Origin: an uncultured Pelagibacteraceae bacterium
GTDB taxonomy: Bacteria > Pseudomonadota > Alphaproteobacteria > Pelagibacterales > Pelagibacteraceae
Assembly: GCA_902632145.1 (NCBI GenBank)
Contig: CACPBH010000001.1
Span: forward strand, 16,553 to 80,552
Length of the DNA: 64,000 bases
Direction: 5' to 3'
Positions 50,604 to 62,978 of the stretch are shown piece after piece (positions within the stretch are counted from its first letter, which is position 1; the number at the start of each line of letters is the position of its first letter). A program made the translations under genes and the position numbers. The notes below the pieces were generated by a model. It did no database searches, was not told the DNA's origin, and worked only from the letters and a program-made list of their open reading frames with translations.

Positions 50604-52247
50604 CTAAATTTTCTTTTTAATATCCCATTCAAAAGACTTGTTTTTATTAACTAGATTACCTGAAATAGATATACAAGTATTATCTAATATCTTTCTTCCT
50701 CCAAGGTATATACCTTTTTCAATTTCAATATTTTCGTTTTTCATTGTAAAAATCAGAGATTTATTCTTAGAAATTTGTATTAAAGCACTACTTCCACTCA
50801 TAGTTTTTACAGCTGCTAATTTTGGATTTAAATGAAATCTAAACACATACCTTATAGGAATTCCATCACTTTTTTTTATGATATGATCAACACCACTGAG
50901 CTTATTATCATTGTGATCTAAATATATCTCTCTTTTATGAATACAGCCAAAATTATTTTCGTACCCATTGTGAGAAATAGTACATCCAAATAAACGTTTG
51001 TCATTTTGAACATTAAGTTCTTTGGTTTTGAAAGAATTTTTAATTGAATTTCCAAAAACTCTATTGATTAATTTATTTCTTTCAAATTTAGTAATACTTG
51101 TATCATTTATTGTTAGAGTAGATTGACTAGCTGTTAATCTACTTATGAGTTCAGCTTTAGTTGAGATATTATTTCCAAATCCACAATTTGTAATTATTTT
51201 TACACCGTCAAGATAATATTCAAACGAGAGTGGACCAGATTGATAATTTTTAGAGAAATTTTTACTTGGGGGTTCACCAACATCTAAATAAAAAACTTGG
51301 TTTTTAGATCTAGCAATAAAAATATTTCCAACAATGCTCTTTTTCTCTCTTTTACTTATTTTGACATTATCTAAATATTTTTCAAAATTATTTAAGTCAT
51401 TTTCAGAGTTTCCATTAAAAAGAGGTATTTGATTGTCCGGGGTCTGAAAAATTTTTATACATTCTAAATTTTTCTTAATTATATCCTCTAAGAATTCAGG
51501 TAAATATTTTTGGGCATCTTTTATGTTTTCTCGACACAATAAAAGATACTTTGTAAAAAAGATCAGATCATTTGCGCTTCTAGATAATGTAAAACCATCT
51601 TTATCGAAATGTGTTTTTACAAATTTCTCTAGTTCTTTGATTCCAATATTAAAATTATCTTCATTTTCCTTAAAAACTAAACCTGATAATATCAGAGCAG
51701 TTAAAACCTCTAATTTTTTTGTAGGATTTTTTTCAAATTTAAAATTTTTTTTAATATGATTACATTGACGAATGATGTTCTGAAAAAAAATTTTTTTAAA
51801 TTCAAAAGTACCGTTATTTATAATAATATCTACATTAAGCATCCAACTAATTACTCTAGAACTTAAAGTAGAAGTGTCCCAAATTTTCCTTTTAAAATTT
51901 GAATATTTGATAATCCAAAGATAGATTATTTTCTGAACATGTTTTTCATCTGTTTTTCTATTAATTGTGCTAAGCCATAAATAATTGTGATATTGATAGA
52001 TTTGTTTATTTTTCTTTTCCAGCCAAAAATCATTTGGGCTTACTTCACTTAAGTTAAATGATTTTTTTGTGTATGGAGATATTAGTGACAATAAAAATGG
52101 GTTTGGATTAAAAAAAACTTGAATTGGAATTTTAGAATTAAGAGAATTATTGTAATAGCTTGTGGAAAAATATAATTTTTTAAAAAACTTTATAAAAGTA
52201 ACTTGAAGAGCAACTAAATAAAAATAGGCACTTTTTAAGCCAAACAT
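50604..52247 (-). CDS. Heparinase II/III family protein
   Basis: PLFNG, GPLSFE, IITNCG, SHNGY, RFHL; usual neighbour of purH in alphaproteobacteria. Confidence 0.8.
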   Translation of the reverse strand: MFGLKSAYFYLVALQVTFIKFFKKLYFSTSYYNNSLNSKIPIQVFFNPNPFLLSLISPYTKKSFNLSEVSPNDFWLEKKNKQIYQYHNYLWLSTINRKTDEKHVQKIIYLWIIKYSNFKRKIWDTSTLSSRVISWMLNVDIIINNGTFEFKKIFFQNIIRQCNHIKKNFKFEKNPTKKLEVLTALILSGLVFKENEDNFNIGIKELEKFVKTHFDKDGFTLSRSANDLIFFTKYLLLCRENIKDAQKYLPEFLEDIIKKNLECIKIFQTPDNQIPLFNGNSENDLNNFEKYLDNVKISKREKKSIVGNIFIARSKNQVFYLDVGEPPSKNFSKNYQSGPLSFEYYLDGVKIITNCGFGNNISTKAELISRLTASQSTLTINDTSITKFERNKLINRVFGNSIKNSFKTKELNVQNDKRLFGCTISHNGYENNFGCIHKREIYLDHNDNKLSGVDHIIKKSDGIPIRYVFRFHLNPKLAAVKTMSGSSALIQISKNKSLIFTMKNENIEIEKGIYLGGRKILDNTCISISGNLVNKNKSFEWDIKKKI

Positions 52248-52250
52248 TTA

Positions 52251-52913
52251 TTAATTTTTTCTTAGAATTTCTATGTTCTTTTTTAGATCACCTTTATTCT
52301 CGTTAAATATAGTAGATCCTGAAACTAAAATATTTGCTCCAGCTTTTTTTGCTAAGGAACAATTTTCAAAATTTATTCCACCATCAATCTCAATATCTAC
52401 TTTAAGATTCTTTTTCTCAATTAAGTCTTTCAATAATTTTGTTTTTTCTAATACTTCAGGCATAAATTTTTGCCCGCCAAAGCCAGGTTCAACACTCATA
52501 ATTAGCACCAAATCGATTTTGTCTAGATGATTTTCTATAAGATTAATCCTCGAATTAGGCTTCAAGGAAATTCCAACTTTTTTATTTTCTTTCCTAATAA
52601 GATTGATAGTGTTTGAAATATTACTTGTTGCTTCTGGATGAAAAGTAATTATATCTGCCCCAGCATTTGCAAATTCTTTTACAAAATTATCGACGGGTGA
52701 TATCATTAAATGAACATCAAAAGTTTTTTTGGTCAAAGGTCTTAGTTTTTTTATTACCTCAGGTCCAATAGTTAAATTTGGAACAAAGTGCCCATCCATA
52801 ACGTCTATGTGAATATAATCAGCACCAGCTTTTTCGAGCGCAACAACTTCACTTCCCAACTTACTAAAATCAGCTGATAAAATAGAAGGCGAAATTTTAA
52901 TCGAATTACTCAT
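52251..52913 (-). CDS. rpe: Ribulose-phosphate 3-epimerase
   Basis: SPSILSADF, HIDVMDGHFVPN, DVHLM, MSVEPGFGGQ, IDGG. Confidence 0.97.
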   Translation of the reverse strand: MSNSIKISPSILSADFSKLGSEVVALEKAGADYIHIDVMDGHFVPNLTIGPEVIKKLRPLTKKTFDVHLMISPVDNFVKEFANAGADIITFHPEATSNISNTINLIRKENKKVGISLKPNSRINLIENHLDKIDLVLIMSVEPGFGGQKFMPEVLEKTKLLKDLIEKKNLKVDIEIDGGINFENCSLAKKAGANILVSGSTIFNENKGDLKKNIEILRKN

Positions 52914-52956
52914 AATTTATTTATATTTTAATCCAAAACTTTGTCAAAAAATAAGC

Positions 52957-53292
52957 TTAATTAAACAGTTGATATAATTGTCTTGAAAAATCACTTTCTA
53001 AAGGAAAAGCAAGCATTCCCCATACATCATAGCCTAATATGTAAGGCATCGCGTAGAATCTAAATAAATAAAAGAACCACGCAACATACAAAGCTATGAA
53101 AGGACCAAATAAAAAGCTTGGAGTAATAAACTTAAACAAATTGATTATGGGATTAGTTGTTTTTACAAATATTCTCATGAAAAAAAAAGTAGAGTCTTCT
53201 CTTTGAAAGATGTTCATGAATGCACGACCTATTAAAGTCCACATAATAGTTCCTAAAGCGTAATCTAAAACAATTGCCCAAGTTGGTATCAT
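52957..53292 (-). CDS. Hypothetical membrane protein (YggT-like) downstream of the solute symporter
   Basis: Hydrophobic 111-aa ORF; FVKTTNP...FITP resembles YggT-like proteins. Confidence 0.6.
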   Translation of the reverse strand: MIPTWAIVLDYALGTIMWTLIGRAFMNIFQREDSTFFFMRIFVKTTNPIINLFKFITPSFLFGPFIALYVAWFFYLFRFYAMPYILGYDVWGMLAFPLESDFSRQLYQLFN

Positions 53293-53317
53293 GTTTGTAA
53301 ATTACCACGATTTAGGT

Positions 53318-53349
53318 AAAAAAAAAGGGGCGAATAAATCGCCCCTTTT
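53318..53349 (-). terminator. Intrinsic terminator after the symporter gene
   Basis: AAAAGGGGCGA-N5-TCGCCCCTTTT hairpin followed on the minus strand by a U tract. Confidence 0.9.
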
Positions 53350-53368
53350 AGTTTTAAATAATTGTTAA

Positions 53369-55225
53369 TTAGTGTTGCTTACCAAGAATAGCCTTACCTG
53401 TTGGTATTCTTGTATCGTCTACTAATTTTTGTGTAGCTGGGCTTGGTTCTTTAGTCATTAAACTGACTACCACCATTACAACTAAACAAATTGGTGCTCC
53501 GATTAAACCAAATCTTAAGTGGTCGATACCTAAGAAAGGAGTATTTACACCGCCCCATATCGGAACTGAGAATTTAGGGAACACCCATGTTAAGTAAACT
53601 GTTCCTGACACAATTCCTGCTATGATACCGGCGATTGCACCTTCTCTAGTAGCTCTCTTCCACCATACACCAAGTACAAGTGGGAAGAATAAGCCTGACA
53701 TTGCAAAGTCGAATGCCCAAGCAACCGAACCTAAGATACTTGTTAGCCTGAAAGAGGCTATGTAAGCACCAGCAGCTCCGATTAATACTAGAAGTACACG
53801 AGCAACTAATAGTCTTTTAGATGTCTCCGCTTTTGGATTTATGATCTTGTAATAAATGTCGTGTGATAACGCATTTGATATCGCAAGAACTAATCCATCG
53901 GCAGTTGACATGGCAGCAGCCATACCACCAGCAAACACAAGTCCTGAGATCACGAACGGTAGACCCGCTACTTCTGGAGTAGCTAATACTACAACGTCAC
54001 CTCTCATGAACCACTCGTTCAACTGAAGTACTCCGTCACCATTAAAGTCTGCAATAAATACTTGCTTAACTTCAGACCATCTTTGAACCCACTCTATTGA
54101 CTGAACTTCAGAAATAGATTTTCCGATAATTCCAGTTGGTAGATTAGGATCCATCAATGCTAATTTAGACAATGTCGCTAACATAGGCGCTGAAGAGTAA
54201 AGTAAGAAAATAAAGAATAGCGACCAAGCTACTGATTTTCTTGCTGCTCTTACTGTAGGAGTTGTAAAGTATCTCATTAAGATATGAGGTAACGATGCAG
54301 TTCCCACCATCATACAAATCGCTAACGATAAGTATTTCCAGACAGCCATACCACCTTCAGGTACTCCAGAGTGAGTTCCAGAGATGTATTTCAATCCTCC
54401 TGGTACCCCAGCTGCTTTCATATCTGCGGCGCTGTTTTTAACTAGTCCAAATTGTTGTTCAAGTTCGCCAAGTCTTGCAACCTCATCACCCAACATCAAG
54501 TGAGGGAAAATTCCTCCACCTACGTTAGAACTAATCCAGAATACTGGTATTAGGTATGCGATGATTAATACAATGTACTGAGCAACCTGTGTCCAAGTTA
54601 CGGCTCTCATTCCACCAAGCATTGAACAGATAAGGATACTTATTAATCCTACCCATACACCTGCTTCAAACGGAATTCCAAGAGCTCTAGAAGCAATTGT
54701 TCCCGTAGCATTAATTTGTGCTGTTACGTAAGTAAATGATGCTATGAAAAGCACGAATACTGCGCAAGCTCTTACGAGGTTACCACCGTATCGTGTTCCG
54801 ATAAAATCAGGAACTGTGTAACATCCAAACTTTCTTAGGTACGGAGCCATTAGTGTTGCAACAAGTACGTATCCACCTGTCCAACCTACTAAGAAGGCCA
54901 TATAAGTATAGCCACCAAAGTAAACTCCACCCGCTAAAGCTACGAATGATGCACCTGACATCCAGTCAGCTGCTGTTGCCATTCCGTTAAATACGGTTGG
55001 CACTTGTCTTCCTGCAACATAGTAGGCATCTACTTGAATGGTTCTTGATAAATATCCGATTAAGGCATAAATCAATACCGTGAAAGCTACGAACATCACT
55101 CCGATGTTTTTAGCTGACACACCTGCTTGCTCTGCTAATGCCATCAAAATGATGAACACTAAAAAGCCACCAGTGTAGGTACCGTATATTTTAGGAAGGT
55201 TTTGTATAAAATCTCCTTTAAACAT
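53369..55225 (-). CDS. Sodium:solute symporter, ActP/VC_2705-like (acetate/monocarboxylate permease)
   Basis: NGMATAADWMSGASF, GTASLPHILMRYFT, AAAMSTADG; DUF4212 partner upstream and acs nearby. Confidence 0.9.
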   Translation of the reverse strand: MFKGDFIQNLPKIYGTYTGGFLVFIILMALAEQAGVSAKNIGVMFVAFTVLIYALIGYLSRTIQVDAYYVAGRQVPTVFNGMATAADWMSGASFVALAGGVYFGGYTYMAFLVGWTGGYVLVATLMAPYLRKFGCYTVPDFIGTRYGGNLVRACAVFVLFIASFTYVTAQINATGTIASRALGIPFEAGVWVGLISILICSMLGGMRAVTWTQVAQYIVLIIAYLIPVFWISSNVGGGIFPHLMLGDEVARLGELEQQFGLVKNSAADMKAAGVPGGLKYISGTHSGVPEGGMAVWKYLSLAICMMVGTASLPHILMRYFTTPTVRAARKSVAWSLFFIFLLYSSAPMLATLSKLALMDPNLPTGIIGKSISEVQSIEWVQRWSEVKQVFIADFNGDGVLQLNEWFMRGDVVVLATPEVAGLPFVISGLVFAGGMAAAMSTADGLVLAISNALSHDIYYKIINPKAETSKRLLVARVLLVLIGAAGAYIASFRLTSILGSVAWAFDFAMSGLFFPLVLGVWWKRATREGAIAGIIAGIVSGTVYLTWVFPKFSVPIWGGVNTPFLGIDHLRFGLIGAPICLVVMVVVSLMTKEPSPATQKLVDDTRIPTGKAILGKQH

Positions 55226-55482
55226 TAGTCATCCTCTCTTTCTGAGAAGCCATGTTCTTCGTCGATTTTTTCTTGTTTATTTGCAGTCCAAAACAAAATT
55301 ATCACAAAGGCAAGAAGTGATCCTTGCGCAGTCATGTAATATGCTAGTGGATAGCCAAGAAAAGACATCGTGTTCAGTTCTGAACCAAACATGAAGATCA
55401 CTAATGAGAAGAAAGCCCAAAGAACCAATGTAACTATCATATGGTTTTTGGTCTTATTCCAATATGCGTCTTTATTTGACAT
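55225..55482 (-). CDS. DUF4212 small subunit of the solute symporter
   Basis: AYW, FLGYPLAYYMTAQGS, IDEEHG motif; coupled to the symporter start. Confidence 0.9.
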   Translation of the reverse strand: MSNKDAYWNKTKNHMIVTLVLWAFFSLVIFMFGSELNTMSFLGYPLAYYMTAQGSLLAFVIILFWTANKQEKIDEEHGFSEREDD

Positions 55483-55504
55483 ATTTCCCCCTATTTATTT
55501 TTTA

Positions 55505-55522
55505 ACTTTTTACGTAAAAAGT
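55505..55522. promoter_or_regulatory. Perfect 18-bp palindrome in the DUF4212-symporter leader
   Basis: ACTTTTTACGTAAAAAGT, about 13 nt upstream of the SD (AGGGGG). Confidence 0.6.
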
Positions 55523-55637
55523 ACTCTTATTGCTGGGGAGCATACTGATTATGAGTTGAATTAAAAGAGAAAAAAGGACCCCAAAACCAAATTGAAATGC
55601 TATAAGACAAGTAAATAAAGGGTTTTTTAAATACAAC

Positions 55638-56275
55638 GTGAAATTGAATCTAAATAAATTGCGAAACACTCTTAGAACCACTCTAATTGACATTTGGGAG
55701 TACGTGATCCCTATTTGGAAAATTTCAGGACTATTTAAAAGCATTAAATCAAAAAAAGATTTAGAAAATTTCATTCAGGAAAGATCTGCTCATGTCACTC
55801 AAACTACTCTTTACGGTTATTTAAAAACAAGAATTGGAGTTAAATATATTGCTATGATGGAGGATGAGGTTTTTTTAAAATCCATCAATATTGCAAAATG
55901 GAATATCTATATGGTTGCTTTAGCAGACTGTACTTTCTATGTTTTTTCATACCTAATTTCAGAAAAAAACTTGAAAGAGAATGATTGCAAAGAAATTTTT
56001 TTAAATATTTTAGAAAGTGAAAAAATAAACGGATTAAGTGATGAAATTTTCGACAGAGGTAAAAAAAACTTTTTAGAAAGGATTGATAAAATAAATTTTA
56101 CAAACTATCATTTAAACGATCCTTTCAAAGAAAGTGGGCAAGCTTTATACTACTGGTCGCCAATTGCAGATGAGTTGAAATCTCTTGATAAAAAAATTGT
56201 TTTAAACTCTATACATTTAAAATGGGGATTGATGAAGGATGAGTTTAAAAAATTAACTAAGAATTTAAAATTTAA

Positions 56276-56279
<4 letters not shown>
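55638..56279 (+). CDS. Conserved hypothetical protein
   Basis: 213-aa ORF filling the gap between the symporter operon and acs; [23 protein letters not shown]; start uncertain. Confidence 0.7.
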
Positions 56280-58411
<2,132 letters not shown>

Positions 58412-58428
58412 AAATACCCCAAATTTTT

Positions 58429-58842
58429 TTATACTTTACCCATGTTACAAATAATTTTCCAGCTTTTATAATCTATTGGCATTACTGATAACCTGCTCTG
58501 TTTTATCAACGCTAAATGAGAAATTTTCTTATTTTTTTTAATTTTTTCTAGAGAAATAGCCCTTTTAAATTTACTCACAAACCTAACTTGAACGGCTACA
58601 AATTTCCGTGTTTTATCAGTTTTATCGATAAACGCTGATTTAATAACTTGAACTATGCCAACAATTTCTTTTCCAATATTTGAATGGTAGAAAAAACACA
58701 AGTCACCATTTTTCATTTTTTTTAAATTGTTTGCAGCTTGATAATTTCTAACTCCATCCCAGGCAGCACCTTTTATGCCTGCCTTCATTTGCTGCTCAAT
58801 TGACCAAACATCGGGTTCAGACTTAAGTAACCAATATTTCAT
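58429..58842 (-). CDS. EVE domain protein
   Basis: [27 protein letters not shown]. Confidence 0.93.
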   Translation of the reverse strand: MKYWLLKSEPDVWSIEQQMKAGIKGAAWDGVRNYQAANNLKKMKNGDLCFFYHSNIGKEIVGIVQVIKSAFIDKTDKTRKFVAVQVRFVSKFKRAISLEKIKKNKKISHLALIKQSRLSVMPIDYKSWKIICNMGKV

Positions 58843-59918
58843 TAAAACTTTAAACCTGGCCCTTTCATGTAAGGAGCATTTTTATCCAAAGGCCACCTAG
58901 ATTTAGCCTCAACATCTATATTATTTAATAAATTTTTCTTAAATCTTTGAATTCCAGCCCAGGCTATCATAGCAGCATTATCGCCACAAAATTTAAGATT
59001 AGGGTAAATAGTTTTAAATCCTATTTCTTTTGAAAGTTTTTTTAAATTTTCTCTTATCGAAATATTAGCAGCTACACCACCAGCAACAACTAAATTAATA
59101 TTCGATGTATTTATTTTTTTTTTATACATTTCAATTGCAACTTTTGTTTTTTTGCAAAGGATTTTGTTAATAGTATTTTGAAAAGATGCCGCAAGGTTAA
59201 ATTTTAATTCATTTTTTCCGTTTATTTTTTTTGATTCTCTTAAAACTGCAGTTTTAAGTCCTGCAAATGATAAGTTACATCCTGCTTTATTTATTATTGG
59301 TTCTGGAAGTTTAAAAAAATCTTTATCTCCCAGTTTTGCAGCCTTCTCAACACTTGGTCCACCTGGATAACCTAGGTCAAGCATTTTTGCAGTTTTATCA
59401 AAAGCTTCACCTAAAGCATCATCAATTGTGGTCCCTAATTGTTCGTATTCATTTACATTTTTCACAATTAAAAATTGAGTATGACCTCCAGAAATTAATA
59501 AAAGCAAATAAGGGAATTGAATATTGGTTTCTAATCCTGGACTTAGAGCATGACCCTCTAAATGATTGACTGCAACAAATGGTTTATTTGAAAATGCAGC
59601 AATTGATTTACCTATGTTTAGTCCCACTGTTAAACATACAATTAAACCTGGACCAGCAGTAGCCGCAATGCCATCTATCTTATCTAAAGAAACTTTACTT
59701 TCCTCTAAAGCAGCTTTAATTATATATTCAATATTTTCTAAATGCGCTCTAGCAGCTAATTCAGGCACCACTCCTCCAAATTTTTTATGCTCTGAAATCT
59801 GACTTGAAACGATATTTGATAAAACATCTGCAGTGCCCTTATCATTTTCCCTTATTACAGATGCTGCAGTCTCATCGCAGCTTGTTTCAATTCCTAAAAA
59901 TATAATCTTTTTTGTCAT
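58842..59918 (-). CDS. tsaD: tRNA t6A37 threonylcarbamoyltransferase TsaD
   Basis: GIETSCDET, GGVVPELAARAH, NHLEGH, ISGGHT, DNAAMIA. Confidence 0.97.
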   Translation of the reverse strand: MTKKIIFLGIETSCDETAASVIRENDKGTADVLSNIVSSQISEHKKFGGVVPELAARAHLENIEYIIKAALEESKVSLDKIDGIAATAGPGLIVCLTVGLNIGKSIAAFSNKPFVAVNHLEGHALSPGLETNIQFPYLLLLISGGHTQFLIVKNVNEYEQLGTTIDDALGEAFDKTAKMLDLGYPGGPSVEKAAKLGDKDFFKLPEPIINKAGCNLSFAGLKTAVLRESKKINGKNELKFNLAASFQNTINKILCKKTKVAIEMYKKKINTSNINLVVAGGVAANISIRENLKKLSKEIGFKTIYPNLKFCGDNAAMIAWAGIQRFKKNLLNNIDVEAKSRWPLDKNAPYMKGPGLKF

Positions 59919-59973
59919 CTCCTTTAAAAATTAAAATAGTATAAAATACTTCTATCAAATATATAATCAATTA

Positions 59974-60891
59974 ATGACAAAAATTACAATTGGAGCTCGA
60001 GGCAGTAAACTTTCATTAGCTTATGTGGCTAAAGTTAAAGAGCTATTAATAAAAAACAATAATGACCTTAAAGAGGAAAATATTACTTTTAAAGCCATAA
60101 AAACATCAGGAGATTTGAATTTGAATAAAAACATCTCAGAAATAGGTGGAAAAAATTTATTTTGTAAAGAAATTGAGGAAAGCTTATTAAAAAAAGAAAT
60201 TGATATCGCTGTACATTCTCTAAAAGATATGGAGGCAAATGAAAATGAGAGCCTTTTGATAGCAGCATATTTAAAAAGAAACGATTACCGAGATGTAATA
60301 ATAAGTGAAAAAATTAAAAGTATTTCTGATTTAAAAAATGGTGTAAAAATCGGCTCAAGTTCAAAAAGGAGAGAGCTTCAATTAAAAAAAATTAATAATG
60401 AAATTTCTGTAATCAATATTCGGGGAAATATTGATACTAGAATAAATAGAATTAACGAGAACAACTTAGATGGAATCATTCTTGCAGCTGCTGGAGTTAA
60501 ATCACTTAAACTCGATAAAAGGATCAGCTTAACTTTTGATTGTGAACATATTTTACCAGCAGTGGGTCAAGGAATAATTGCTGTTCAATGTAGAAAGGAA
60601 GATGAAATTAAAAATTTAATAAAAAAAATAAACGATAGCACAACTAGTATTTGTGCGATAGCTGAAAGAAAAATGCTTCAAACAATCGGAGGCGATTGCG
60701 ATACTGCAATAGGTGGGCTAGCTGAAATTGAAAACCATAACTTAAAACTTAAAGCTCAGCTTTTTTCGGATAGTGGTCAAGAGAGTTTTGAGTACGAACT
60801 TATTGGAAGAGAAGTTGACGCTTCTTTTATCGGAAAAAGTGTTGGAGAAAAATTATTAGATTTAGCTGGAGAAAAATTTAAAAAAAAATGA
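59974..60891 (+). CDS. hemC: Hydroxymethylbilane synthase
   Basis: GARGSKL, GGKNLFCKE, AVHSLKD, RGNIDTR, LPAVGQG. Confidence 0.96.
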   Translation: MTKITIGARGSKLSLAYVAKVKELLIKNNNDLKEENITFKAIKTSGDLNLNKNISEIGGKNLFCKEIEESLLKKEIDIAVHSLKDMEANENESLLIAAYLKRNDYRDVIISEKIKSISDLKNGVKIGSSSKRRELQLKKINNEISVINIRGNIDTRINRINENNLDGIILAAAGVKSLKLDKRISLTFDCEHILPAVGQGIIAVQCRKEDEIKNLIKKINDSTTSICAIAERKMLQTIGGDCDTAIGGLAEIENHNLKLKAQLFSDSGQESFEYELIGREVDASFIGKSVGEKLLDLAGEKFKKK

Positions 60892-61586
60892 ATATTATAA
60901 TAACTAGACCATTTATAGATTCTGAGGATTTAATGGGAAAATTATTTTCTTTAGGTCATAAAATTATTCACGTACCTACTTTAAAAATCTCAAAAGCAGA
61001 ACTTGATCCTATTGATCCTGAAAAATATAACGCTTTTATATTTACAAGCGCTAATGCAATTAGGAATCTAAAACTATTAAAACAAGATAAAAATAAACTT
61101 TGCTTCTGCGTTGGCGCAATTACAGAAAAGATTGTAAGGCAACAAGGTTATAATAATACTATTTCAGCAGGCGGGACGATAAATGCTTTAAAAAATATTA
61201 TTGTTAGCTCAGGTGACTTAAATAAAAAAAAAGTCTTAGCGTATATATGTGGAGATAATATTACTTCAGATTTAGATTTAGAACTACAAAAAGAAGGTTT
61301 TCAAATTGAAAAAATCATCAATTACACTTCAGAAAAAATTAAAGAATTAAACACAGATACGATTAATTTAATCAACGATCATCCTCCTGACATAATTTTT
61401 GTTTACTCAAAAAGGAGCGCTGAAAGCTTTATTGAACTTATGAAAAAATATTCATTTAAAGGGCTAATGACAGACTCAAAAGTTATGTGTATAAGTGAGA
61501 AAGTTTTAAATGTATTTAAACAGACTGGTTGGAGAAGGCTAGAAATTTTCGAAGCTGGAGAAGAATTAACAAAATTAAAGAAATAA
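60888..61586 (+). CDS. hemD: Uroporphyrinogen-III synthase
   Basis: IITRP, IFTSANA, CVG..T, YSKRSA; follows hemC. Confidence 0.92.
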   Translation: MNIIITRPFIDSEDLMGKLFSLGHKIIHVPTLKISKAELDPIDPEKYNAFIFTSANAIRNLKLLKQDKNKLCFCVGAITEKIVRQQGYNNTISAGGTINALKNIIVSSGDLNKKKVLAYICGDNITSDLDLELQKEGFQIEKIINYTSEKIKELNTDTINLINDHPPDIIFVYSKRSAESFIELMKKYSFKGLMTDSKVMCISEKVLNVFKQTGWRRLEIFEAGEELTKLKK

Positions 61587-61590
61587 TTGA

Positions 61591-62682
61591 ATGGAAGTAT
61601 TAGAAAATTTTAAAAATTTGTTTTTTGATGTTTGGAACAAGGGAATATCTGGAGTTAATATTTCTGAAATTGTTATAGCCTTGCTAATATTTCTTTTTTT
61701 TCTTTTTTTAAGAGGCATCTTTTCAAAATTTGTTATTAAGCGATTAGAAAATTATGTATCAAAAACTACTAATAATTTTGATAATTCATTAGTTTTTTCT
61801 ATGGAGGGACCTGCAAAGTTTTTTCCAATTGTTTTAGGGTTTTTTGTATCTACAAGTTATTTAACTATTGAAAACCAGACTGCAGAATTTCTTGAAACTA
61901 TTAATCGTTCATTGATAACAATTTTAATTTTTTGGACTTTTCATCAAATAATTGGCCCACTTTCAGTTGTCATAAAATCAATAGGAGATCTAATTTCGCG
62001 GGATCTTGTAAACTGGATTATAAAAGCAATTAAAGTTTTAATTTTTATATTAGGAGTAGCCGCGGTATTAGAACTTTGGGGAATTAAAATTGGTCCTATC
62101 ATAGCTGGTCTAGGTTTATTTGGTGTTGCGGTTGCATTAGGAGCACAAGACTTATTTAAGAATCTTATTTCAGGAATTTTAGTTTTAGTCGAAAGAAGAT
62201 TCCAAGTTGGAGATTGGATTTTTGTAGAAGATGTTATAGAGGGCACAGTCGAGTCTATTGGCTTTAGATCTACTGTTGTTAGAAGATTTGATAAATCTTT
62301 AGCCACAATACCGAATTTTCAATTCGCTGAGAAAGCAGTAATAAATAATTCTCAAATCACCAATAGGAGAATTAATTGGATAATAGGTCTTGAATACAGA
62401 ACAACCAGCAAGCAACTTTCAGAAATTAAAAAAGAAATTGAAGAATATATTAGAAAAAGTGAGCATTTTACTACTTCTGATAACACTATTCTATCTGTGA
62501 AAATTGATCAGTTTGCAGCAAGTTCTATAGATATTAAATTGATATGTTTTACCAAAACTAAACATTATCTAGAATGGATGAAAGTAAAAGATATTCTTGC
62601 TATCGAGATCAAAAATATTGTTGAAAAAAATAAAGCATCTTTTGCTTTCCCGAGCACATCAATTTATGTGGAGAAAAATTAA
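61591..62682 (+). CDS. Small-conductance mechanosensitive channel (MscS family)
   Basis: GLGLFGVAVALGAQD, FQVGDWI, GTVESIGFRST, FAFPS. Confidence 0.93.
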   Translation: MEVLENFKNLFFDVWNKGISGVNISEIVIALLIFLFFLFLRGIFSKFVIKRLENYVSKTTNNFDNSLVFSMEGPAKFFPIVLGFFVSTSYLTIENQTAEFLETINRSLITILIFWTFHQIIGPLSVVIKSIGDLISRDLVNWIIKAIKVLIFILGVAAVLELWGIKIGPIIAGLGLFGVAVALGAQDLFKNLISGILVLVERRFQVGDWIFVEDVIEGTVESIGFRSTVVRRFDKSLATIPNFQFAEKAVINNSQITNRRINWIIGLEYRTTSKQLSEIKKEIEEYIRKSEHFTTSDNTILSVKIDQFAASSIDIKLICFTKTKHYLEWMKVKDILAIEIKNIVEKNKASFAFPSTSIYVEKN

Positions 62683-62978
62683 TGAAATCAATATTAATTC
62701 TATTCGATAATATAGTCAGTCTTTATATATGGGTTCTGATAATACATGTTATATTTAGTTGGTTAGTTGCCTTTAATGTTTTAAACACAAGTAATCGTTT
62801 TGTTTATTCTGTTCTAGATATTTCCTACAAACTGACAGCACCACCTTTAAATTTTATAAGAAAGTTTTTGCCTAACCTAGGGTCTATAGATATCTCTCCA
62901 GTAATACTTATTTTAGGATTAATGTTTTTTAGAAATTTAGTTTTTGAAATGCTCGCACCAGGATTATTTTTAAGATGA
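62682..62978 (+). CDS. yggT: YggT family membrane protein
   Basis: SWLVAFNVLN, LTAPPL, GSIDISPVI. Confidence 0.9.
   Translation: MKSILILFDNIVSLYIWVLIIHVIFSWLVAFNVLNTSNRFVYSVLDISYKLTAPPLNFIRKFLPNLGSIDISPVILILGLMFFRNLVFEMLAPGLFLR

Noticed and set aside
50604-52247. Heparinase II/III gene as an acquired polysaccharide-degradation locus
   Set aside because: It is a usual purH neighbour in alphaproteobacteria, with no adjacent CAZyme or transporter cluster.
55370-55774. ORFs 55370-55564 (+) and 55502-55774 (-) crossing the transporter leader
   Set aside because: Each overlaps a better supported gene on the other strand and has no motif; a leader-peptide role is unsupported.
58429-58842. EVE domain gene as a modification-dependent defence system
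   Set aside because: It is a stand-alone EVE next to tsaD, its common housekeeping context, with no nuclease partner.
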